NCBI GenBank assembly: GCA_900617105.1
Contig: UYFQ01000673.1
Coordinates: forward strand, 50,320 to 70,319
DNA length: 20,000 bases
Reading direction: 5' to 3'
Origin: Hydrurus foetidus
Taxonomy: Eukaryota
Shown here: piece after piece, positions 12,901 through 20,000 of the stretch
Layout of the letters: each line of letters begins with the position of its first letter
Numbering within the stretch: position 1 is the first letter of the stretch
Position numbers and translations under genes: made by a program
The notes under the pieces: model-generated
What the model saw: only the letters and a program-made list of their open reading frames with translations
Database searches by the model: none
Told to the model about the DNA's origin: nothing

Positions 12901-13225
12901 GGGCGAGGTACCTAGTGCTGAGCCATCACAGTCACCATCATCACCAGGTGATATTAATGCGCCCATCTTCGCACCTTCTTTTGAATTCCCGTCTTCTCGA
13001 CCTTCTTTTCGTTCTTCGTCCCCCACGTCTAACGTCACTAACATCCGTCAGAATGTAGCTGTGAACCAAAGAAATACATTTTTGAGTGATGATAAGACCA
13101 GAACTTATTTCATCGTAGGAACGTCTATTGGATCGTTCGTACTCTTGGTTCTGTGTGCACTAATAGCTGTCAAATATTGTGCATCTCCCTGTTGCTCTCC
13201 GAAAACCATTGAGGAGATAATCTGA
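1..13225 (+). CDS. C-terminal part (>4,400 aa; start lies upstream of the window) of a giant Ser/Pro-rich mucin-like membrane-anchored surface protein
   Basis: Manual translation shows frame +2 is stop-free from 4193 to TGA at 13223-13225. It reads array A (APSVSPSQSSSPSVSPSVVSGAPSA)n, array B (APSAEPSQSPSESPSFASE)n and array C (VPSAEPSQSPSSPGEGE)n. It then continues into unique sequence DINAPIFAPSFEFPSSRPSFRSSSPTSNVTNIRQNVAVNQRNTFLSDDKTRT-YFIVGTSIGSFVLLVLCALIAV-KYCASPCCSPKTIEEII*. The same repeat peptide continues back to base 1 across several small indels (1-4260). All unit lengths are multiples of 3. Confidence 0.85.
6941..11836 (+). repeat. Array B: 57-bp coding tandem repeat, 85 units plus one 51-bp variant unit
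   Basis: Unit gcacccagtgctgagccatcacagtcaccatcggaatcaccgtcattcgcaagcgag (19 codons). The span 6941-11836 is 4896 bp = 85x57 + 51. Confidence 0.98.
11837..12949 (+). repeat. Array C: 51-bp coding tandem repeat, 21 full units plus a partial unit
   Basis: Unit gtacctagtgctgagccatcacagtcaccatcatcaccaggtgagggcgag (17 codons). Variation is mostly synonymous in frame +2 (ccc/cct, ggc/ggt, agt/agc). Confidence 0.98.
13106..13171 (+). other. Predicted transmembrane helix of the giant repeat protein
   Basis: 22 uncharged, mostly hydrophobic residues YFIVGTSIGSFVLLVLCALIAV, followed immediately by Lys and a 17-aa tail. Confidence 0.85.
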
Positions 13226-13802
13226 AACTTAAACTTCGAAAATGTTTCTCCTATGTGGACTGTACAAAGTAAAATCGCGATTCTTATTATGACAAAAACA
13301 GTGAATAATTGGGGGTGTAATTTCACGGAAATTCAAATGTCGTAATAGATCTCGTCTATCACAATCATAACACTTTAAGTGACTACACAATTATCAAAGC
13401 AGACCGAGGGCGTTGCACACTACACTGCCAAATGAGAACAAAAATGTCACGGTACTTTTTTGAAGATTCTTGTTTGAATGTCAATTTTTTAGAAATAGTT
13501 TTATAAATATTTGAGTAGAAATTGCCGTGATAAATCAGACTACTTTGATACACCTTATTGTACCACCGAAAATAGATCACGTGCAATACTTCTGTTCGTG
13601 TCCAGGATAGCTACTTTAGTAGGCTTCTTTATATTAGACAAATGAAATTTATTATTTATCAATTAAATTTTGCGTAATTTCGCGATAGATTTAAAAATGC
13701 AGCTCTAAAATTTGTCATTGCCTATAGCTGTTACAGTAGATAGTTTTTGTTGATGAATGTTGTCTATTTTGTATAACAGATTCTTTGTCGTTTTTAGTAA
13801 CT

Positions 13803-13946
13803 AAATAGTAGAATTTTGTGGAATCTCAGAGGTTTTGGCCCCGACTTGAAATAGCAGAATTTTGTGGAATCTCAGAGGTTTTGGCCCCGACTTGAAATAG
13901 CAGAATTTTGTGGAATCTCAGAGGTTTTGGCCCCGACTTGAAATAG
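13803..13946. repeat. 46-bp minisatellite, 3 copies
   Basis: Unit agaattttgtggaatctcagaggttttggccccgacttgaaatagc starts at 13810, 13856 and 13902 with no spacers. Confidence 0.95.
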
Positions 13947-14472
13947 AACCAGTTTTCCAAATTGCTGTCAGTTATATAAATCAGATGCGTTCTATCTAGT
14001 GGCACAGCATTAGATCTTACATCACCGAGAATGCGCCGCTGTTTGAGGGTGGAAGTATTCCGTATGTTATCGCAGCAACAGTCGAAAGAACACCAATCTC
14101 AACCTGGCCTGATATTTCAGACCGTAAAATGAAGCAGCAGTGCGTACATCTTCTCGGACGAACATAATCTCGTACACGTACATACGTACTTACTGGAGCG
14201 TTTGACAGATTTATATCCCACAAATTCTCTTGCATCTCGAAGTGCCGACAATTTTATACCTCTAAAAACCTACAGCATTCAACACTAGAAATTATTCGCC
14301 CCCATCATCATCATCGTAGGATTCAACTCTCCTATCATCATGTTACCTCCTGCCCCCCTCTGTACTGTGTTAAGCATTCAGATAAAATCGTGAGCGGGTA
14401 GAGGCATGACGAGAGGAGAGGTGCATATTCCACCTCGCATAAAAAAGTTTCCTTATAGAATTTGAAATTTTT

Positions 14473-14886
14473 TAGGGCCGGTGTCCGAGTCCGACTTTAG
14501 TCGGACAAGTCGGACCGGACAACCGTCCGAGTGTCCGGTCCGACTTGTCTAAGCTAGTCCGGGTATTCCGGACAAGTCGGACAAGAGTCGGACAGTGTCA
14601 GACATGTCGGGCATGTCGGACAATAGTCGGACAAGTCGGACCGGACAACCGTCCGAGTGTCCGGTCCGACTTGTCTAAGCTAGTCCGGGTATTCCGGACA
14701 AGTCGGACAGTGTCAGACATGTCGGGCATGTCGGACAATAGTCGGACAAGTCGGACAAGTCGGGTAAGGAAAGTTGTACGGGTAAGGAAATGTACGCATA
14801 TTCTTCAATCCGTTCGACTGTCCGAAACTCGTCCAACTTTCGTTGTGATGGTACAGGATTTAGTACCACATTCCTACCCTCTCTAG
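14473..14886. repeat. Hairpin-rich duplicated element made of GTCCGA/TCGGAC motifs; probable non-autonomous transposon or transposon end
   Basis: Tandem units start at 14498, 14624 and 14739 (periods 126 and 115 bp). An 18-bp perfect inverted repeat with a 10-nt loop occurs at 14504-14549 and again at 14630-14675. An 8-bp stem lies at 14489-14506. The repeat structure is certain; the transposon assignment and the boundaries are inference. Confidence 0.7.
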
Positions 14887-15431
14887 TACCGTATAGCCGT
14901 TTGTACATGTGTTTGAGAGTCCTTCTGACATCTCGCAGCTTGTTAGCTTACCTTGCAACCCTTGCATGCAGAGTTTTACATGTCTGCAAGCTCATCCCCT
15001 CTCTCACCCGTTGTAAGCTAAACTACCTTTCTGCACCTCTTCTAGCTTCATTTGGACTACAGTAGATCTACTCGTTCCGCTTTCCCTTCTAAATTCTACT
15101 ACCTGGCCCTCTACTACCATCCATCTATTTAGCTAGACTTCTGTTCACGCAGCCCACCGAGTTGTCAGAAGTCCTTCCAAAGCATTTGGTTGGAGAACTC
15201 AGGATAGGAGCAAACGTTGTCAACTTAACGACACGTTTCGCACAACGCAGCGACATCGGTGAAACATAGGTATCCCCTATTTGAATTTCATAAGCCGATC
15301 AAGACTTCCAAGCTTCAAGGAACTCTTGGCGCCTTCAAGATCTCCAAAGGAGGATAGCTCAAGATCGTCACGGTGTAGCCTAGCGCGTACGTTCACCGCA
15401 CACTTCATACACACACTTGCATATAATTCCC

Positions 15432-15640
15432 GTATTGTGGTTTGCATATTAATTTGCAGCCACCCCACCCTGCACTTGAACTCGAAACGGGAATTTACAT
15501 CGTTTTTGATTATGGAACGTCGATTCTAGGCCAAATATACCGAGATTTTGAGGAATGTTCTTCTGTTAAGGGTTAAAAAAGGCTTCGAGTTCATGTCCAG
15601 GGTGGGGTGCTGCTGCAAATTAATATGCATATCACAATAC
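15432..15640. mobile_element. MITE-like element (~209 bp) with ~55-57-bp terminal inverted repeats
   Basis: 15432-15486 matches the reverse complement of 15584-15640 with 4 mismatches and one 2-nt indel. The ~97-bp interior has no recognisable coding content. No convincing target-site duplication was seen (at most CC). Confidence 0.7.
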
Positions 15641-16282
15641 CCATAGTCTATTTTCATCCACATCACCTGTCCACCGGTAACGGACGCTCATCAGCATCAG
15701 CACCCTTATAGTCCATCGTTTATGTCTGTTGTTAGCTGCTTGTTCTCTTCTTTCACAAACTGTAACTAACCTAACAGTTTACCCAGCATACCATCTTTAC
15801 CCGGATTCTTCGTACTCGAATCTGGCCGCGACTACAACGGATACCCGATTGCCACATCGGTTGCCAGCTCTAAACCGTTTCGACGCCAGCTGAAGAACAG
15901 ATTTCAATTCCTGTTACCTTGTAGCCTTATTGCATTCCTAAGGGGATACAATGTGTCTAGGTTAACTAGGTACAATAGGTATATTACGCCCAGATTCCAC
16001 TTTTAGGTCTTAGTTCCACATATGACGTGAATGCACTTTAGCGTACACATCACTTGTAGATACTCAACTGTAAAATACTAACACAAGTTTACTCCACCTA
16101 CCCTTTCTTCCCTTGCCCACCGCTTGCATCAACCGACCACCACTTTTAGCTCCAACGTCCTAGGCCCCGCCCAAGACCACAATATCGATATTTGGTCGAT
16201 ACCAAAGTTTTTTTTTCGAGAAATTCATTTCTCCACGCCATCAATTTCAAATCCCATCACTCATATCCGACAGTCGAAGAAA

Positions 16283-18547
16283 ATGGCTCTCCGACGCCAG
16301 GACAAGAGGATTAGCACCATCAACTCCCTTCGCCGACAACGACAGCCCCCTAGAGCTGTCGCCGTCGCCTTCCGACAACGTTACGAGGAGCACCACAATC
16401 GTGGAGGAGATAGCATCGAGTCTCCTGGGCCACCTGCGGCTCAGGACCCCGCCGGCGACCTGTCTGCACCGATTCCTCAGCGGAATTCGGAGCCTGCGGT
16501 CTCGTCTGTTATTGATGTTCCTGTTTTATCTGCTTTATCCGCTCTAACGTTATCACCAGTTTCGACTGCGACACCAGCTTCGGCTGAGATACCAGCTTCG
16601 GCTGCGACACCAGATTCGTCTGCGACACCAGCTTCGGCTGAGATTCCTCGTTCGATGGCACCACCTCAGCACTATGTGCAAACGGGTGAGAGAGCTCCTA
16701 AGTTGAGCGCCGTGCCCTCTCGTCAGGAAGTACTACGGGTAATGGAGGTCCTCCTTTCAAATGGAACTCCATTTAAACCAGTTGATGTAATCCATGTTTC
16801 CAACCATCAATCGTTTACAACGCTTCTCAAGCGTAAGTTTGCAACTGATCCCGATCGTCGCGACTCCTGTAACAATTGGAAACATTGGTCGAATCAATTG
16901 TTCTGTAGAGAACTCAATCTCACAGTTCCTACATCAGCTGTCAATCGAACTGACAAGCTGAGTTTCATTGAAACTGTCTCTCAGGTCGCACTTCAATTCG
17001 ACCTGAAGGATAAATCAGTGGAAGACAAGACAGATCAGCTTTTAGCTGATATTGTTGATGGATTCCCTGATGCAACACCCGCTCTCCAACTTCAGGCAAC
17101 CAAAATTCTAATCGATAAGTTGCCTGTCGAACCTATCAATTGGAGAGCAGTGTTACAGCGTAGTCTTAACAATACAACGCCAAGACTCATTACAATCGAA
17201 GACTTTCGATTCGTATGGCTTGCGCAGCTTGCTAAGCTACGAGAATCAATTGATGCCTTACGGTTCATTGATGTCTCTCCTTTGTATGGTGATCACTCTC
17301 GCCAAATCAAAGCTCCTCCTCGTTCCTCTCAGGACAAAATCAAAAAACGTCCACGAGAGAGCGAACAATCTGTGCAATCAGACAAGTCTGACAAATTCGA
17401 AAGACCTCTGTGCACAGGTTGTGGGAGACTCGGCCATTTCGTCGCCACGTGTTTTTACACTACGTCTCCGTACTATAACAGTACAGACGCACCCTATATC
17501 AACTCTGAGGGTCATAAGCATTTGTTGAAAGTCGATTCAAAGGCTAAGTTTATTCCAACTTTACCTAAGACATCGACCTCTTCTTCATCGTCTTCCTCTT
17601 CTTCTTCCTCTTCGTCAAAACCTGCTACATCAACAGCAGACTCGACAAACGCTGCGAAGAAACACAAAGGTGAGCAACTATGCAACCTAAATTCATCATC
17701 TATTCTTTCCGATGATCCAGAACTTATTCCTTTCTTCGTATCTCCCCTCTCACAGGAGGTTATGCTGGAAAAAAGTAATAGAGTCTTTACTCTCCTGGAC
17801 ACCGGCTCTTTTGCTGGCAACTTTATACATCGCCGCATCATAATTAATCATAATTTCACACAATTCGTATCTAACTCTTCAAAGAAATTGTGTAAAGTTT
17901 GTAGTGGATTAGATAATCATTGTTATGATATTTCTGACACTATAGACTTAACTCTTTCTTATTTTTGCCCTGATTTAAATAATTATTATACTTTTCAAAT
18001 CACGGCTTATGTTTTAGACGATTCGAAATTTGATCTAATAGTGGGACGAAAAACAATTCGCGAATTGAATTTATTTTCACGTTTCCCCGATCAAATATCT
18101 GCCAATGCTTCATCAAACACTACCTCATTAGCGGAAGTTTTATCTTCTGAACAAGTGGATATAACGTGTGGCTGTCAGCCTAAGGAGAAGTTGCAACCCT
18201 CTGATGGCTCCCCAAAGGTCGATCCTTTAACCCAAAAGGTGAAACCGGCAGTAACCCAAACACATGTTATTCTAGCTTCACTAATACAAGAGTCTGAAAG
18301 ACTTTTTGAGGCTGTGCCCCCTGATGAGGACGAAATCGACGACTCGATCAAGGACTCGTTTTCACCTTGGATAGATGAATTTCCTGATACTGACCCACTC
18401 TCGCTAATAAACTTAGCAGGTGATGAAGATCAGAAAAATAAACTTCGGTTACTAGTACACGAATTCAAGGATATATTTAGCAGTGAACTTTCGGCCACTC
18501 CTGCTAATATTCCACCGTTTGACTTTCATGTCAATGACGACCAATAG
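16283..18547 (+). CDS. gag: Retrotransposon Gag + aspartic protease (N-terminal part of gag-pol), truncated by TAG
   Basis: The first ATG in the ORF is at 16283 in context aaaATGG (MALRRQ...); the ORF track uses an upstream TTG at 16124. It contains the zinc knuckle CTGCGRLGHFVATC, a poly-Ser tract, the protease motif LLDTGS and the C-terminal protease motif FDLIVGR. Confidence 0.85.
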   Translation: MALRRQDKRISTINSLRRQRQPPRAVAVAFRQRYEEHHNRGGDSIESPGPPAAQDPAGDLSAPIPQRNSEPAVSSVIDVPVLSALSALTLSPVSTATPASAEIPASAATPDSSATPASAEIPRSMAPPQHYVQTGERAPKLSAVPSRQEVLRVMEVLLSNGTPFKPVDVIHVSNHQSFTTLLKRKFATDPDRRDSCNNWKHWSNQLFCRELNLTVPTSAVNRTDKLSFIETVSQVALQFDLKDKSVEDKTDQLLADIVDGFPDATPALQLQATKILIDKLPVEPINWRAVLQRSLNNTTPRLITIEDFRFVWLAQLAKLRESIDALRFIDVSPLYGDHSRQIKAPPRSSQDKIKKRPRESEQSVQSDKSDKFERPLCTGCGRLGHFVATCFYTTSPYYNSTDAPYINSEGHKHLLKVDSKAKFIPTLPKTSTSSSSSSSSSSSSSKPATSTADSTNAAKKHKGEQLCNLNSSSILSDDPELIPFFVSPLSQEVMLEKSNRVFTLLDTGSFAGNFIHRRIIINHNFTQFVSNSSKKLCKVCSGLDNHCYDISDTIDLTLSYFCPDLNNYYTFQITAYVLDDSKFDLIVGRKTIRELNLFSRFPDQISANASSNTTSLAEVLSSEQVDITCGCQPKEKLQPSDGSPKVDPLTQKVKPAVTQTHVILASLIQESERLFEAVPPDEDEIDDSIKDSFSPWIDEFPDTDPLSLINLAGDEDQKNKLRLLVHEFKDIFSSELSATPANIPPFDFHVNDDQ
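16556..16645 (+). repeat. 18-bp x5 coding repeat inside the Gag N-terminal region (PVSTAT/PASAEI/PASAAT/PDSSAT/PASAEI)
   Basis: Units start at 16556, 16574, 16592, 16610 and 16628; consensus ccagcttcggctgcgaca. Confidence 0.9.
17670..17755 (+). other. Candidate 86-nt spliceosomal intron at the Gag/protease boundary
   Basis: Donor AAG|GTGAGC and acceptor ttcctttcttcgtatctcccctctcaCAG|G with a long pyrimidine tract. Splicing shifts the frame into TAA TAG at 17776-17781. Confidence 0.55.
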
Positions 18548-20000
18548 AGAGTCCCAAAAAATAGACAACCTCCATGGTCTAAATCAACAGTTGATCAAGC
18601 TGACATTCTTCGTCAAATAAAAAAACTTGAAAACAAAATATTGTTGAAAAATCAAACGCGGCTTATTATAGCCAAGTTTTACTAGTTCCTAAATCTGATG
18701 GGACTAAGCGCATGTGTATTGATTTTCGGAATCTCAACAATTGTACCGAAGATAAATCACATCCTATTCCACACATCGGTGAGATGTTGCGTCGAATAGG
18801 TGCACATAAAGCAAAAGTGTTTGCTGTACTTGATCTCACTCAAGGTTACCATCAAGCACCACTTACACTCGCTGCACGTGCTTATACTGCATTCATACTA
18901 TTCTGCGGAGTATATCAATTCACTCGTTTACCCTTTGGGCCAAAACAAGCTCCCTCCTATTTCCAACAGATTATGACGACTGTTGTGTTAGCAGGGCTGA
19001 TATACTCTATATGCGAAATGTACATAGATGATTGCAATGTTTTCGGTAAAGACATTGACGAACTTATTTCTAGACTTCGTCTTGTGTTTGAACGTTTTAG
19101 AAAACACAAAATATTCCTTAAACCGAATAAGTGTTATCTAGGCTATGCCGAAATAGATTATGTTGGCAAAGTTCTATCTGCAGATGGACTTAGAATGTCA
19201 CAAGAAAAAATACGGACTGTCTTAGATTTTCCTAAACCAGTACTATCTAAACAACTCAAAAGTTTTTAGGATTGGTTAATTATTTTCATGACTTTGTTAG
19301 AAACGCTTCTACTGTTGTATACCCGTTACATCAGTTGCTTCTTAACTATAATAAGTATAAGAAAATAACTTGGACAATAGAAGCTCTCAGAGCATTCAAT
19401 TTGATCAAATCTGAGATTTCAAAATGCACGACTATGCACTTTTTAAGTGACACCGATCCGATATACTTGCACACTGATGCATCGGACTACGGTGTAGGTG
19501 CCTATCTTTTCCAGTTAGTTGACGGTCAAGAAACGCCCATAGCATTTGTCAGTAAATCACTTAACAAAGCTCAGCTTCGTTGGGCTGTTATACAAAAAGA
19601 AGCATATGCTATCTTTTATTCGTGCACGTATTTAAAATCGCTATTACGTGATCGTACGTTCACATTGCGTACAGATCATCGTAACTTGTTATACATCAAG
19701 GATAATTCAAATCCAATGATTGTTCGGTGGTTTATGGCCTTATCCGAATATTCATTTAAAATTGAATATATACCTGGTGCTAACAATGATATAGCTGATT
19801 CGATGTCTCGACTCTGTCGCAATAACATGGTTGATTTCCCTCAGGAATATACTCCTGATGCAATCATGTCTGCTAATACTATTGAAAAATTCAAACTAAC
19901 ACGTGATCAGTACAATACAATCAGTAAAGTACACAATTCACAAGTTGGGCATTTTGGCCTTGAGCGCACTTTAAAGCGTCTCATTGACAAAGAGATAGTA
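18548..20000 (+). pseudogene. pol: Disrupted pol: reverse transcriptase, RNase H and integrase N-terminus
   Basis: After TAG at 18545 the frame continues as RVPKNRQPP... A 1-nt deletion at ~18630-18633 shifts it to frame +1 (NIVEKSNAAYYSQVLLVPKSDGTKRMCIDF...YIDD...LKSF). A second 1-nt deletion at ~19263-19267 shifts it to frame +3 (LGLVNYFHDF...LHTDASDYGVGAYL...QKEAYAI...RTDHRNL...NDIADSMSR...VHNSQVGHFG), which is open to 20000. Confidence 0.9.

Larger units (their letters stand above)
16283..20000 (+). mobile_element. Ty3/Gypsy LTR retrotransposon internal region (continues past the window end)
   Basis: Domain order is Gag-PR-RT-RNaseH-INT, which is diagnostic of Ty3/Gypsy rather than Ty1/Copia. 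Motifs: CX2CX4HX4C at 17411-17452, LLDTGS with Asp at 17798, RMCIDFRNLN, LDLTQGYHQ, LPFG, YIDD at 19021-19032, TDASD at 19473-19487, TDH, and integrase zinc-finger His residues at 19932 and 19950. Confidence 0.95.

Noticed and set aside
4189..13044. 2,951-aa minus-strand Asp/Gly-rich ORF resembling DxDxDG calcium-binding repeats (also 518-1426, 2041-2472 and 2554-4092)
   Set aside because: It is the antisense shadow of the Ser/Pro repeat. It has no signal peptide or unique domain, whereas the + frame ends in a TM helix and tail.
6888..13058. 1,695-aa minus-strand and 2,055-aa plus-strand His-rich ORFs as genes
   Set aside because: These are alternative frames of a 3n tandem repeat. They close at or shortly after the array boundaries.
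13810..13946. CRISPR-like array; gttttgg...gaaatagc loosely recalls the Cas9 sgRNA scaffold
   Set aside because: The units are head-to-tail identical with no unique spacers, there are no cas genes, and the context is eukaryotic. The resemblance is short and probably chance.
13105..15529. Short ORFs of 63-113 aa in the intergenic region
   Set aside because: They have no recognisable motifs. Several overlap repeats, the MITE-like element or the antisense strand of the real gene end.
14844..15777. Possible 5' LTR from TGTGATGG (14844) to ...CTAACA (15777), or a primer-binding site at tggccgcg (~15823)
   Set aside because: The 3' LTR is outside the window and I could not match a tRNA 3' end, so the boundaries cannot be supported.
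17220..17841. ORFs 17220-17528 (+) and 17512-17841 (-)
   Set aside because: They are out-of-frame or antisense shadows of gag-protease; the poly-Glu is the complement of the poly-Ser tract.
18617..18640. Programmed -1 ribosomal frameshift at the A-rich stretch
   Set aside because: It lies downstream of the protease, within the RT N-terminal region rather than at the gag-pol junction. A single A deletion explains it more simply.

Overview
Eukaryotic genomic window, probably from a protist such as a stramenopile (inference from the repeat-protein style; not provable here). Bases 1-13225 (+) are the C-terminal >4,400 codons of a giant Ser/Pro-rich, mucin-like membrane protein. It is built from three successive tandem arrays (75, 57 and 51 bp units) and ends in one transmembrane helix and a short Cys-rich tail. 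The ORF track misses most of this reading frame; its long Asp-rich, His-rich and Met/Val-rich ORFs are shadow frames. Bases 13.2-16.2 kb are non-coding and contain a 46-bp x3 minisatellite, a hairpin-rich ~120-bp duplicated element and a ~209-bp MITE-like inverted-repeat element. Bases 16283-20000 (+) are a Ty3/Gypsy LTR retrotransposon gag-pol (Gag CCHC knuckle, protease, RT, RNase H, start of integrase) with one in-frame stop and two 1-nt frameshifts. The most notable observation is a candidate 86-nt GT-AG intron exactly between Gag and protease, whose removal would produce a Gag-only protein ending at a double stop.
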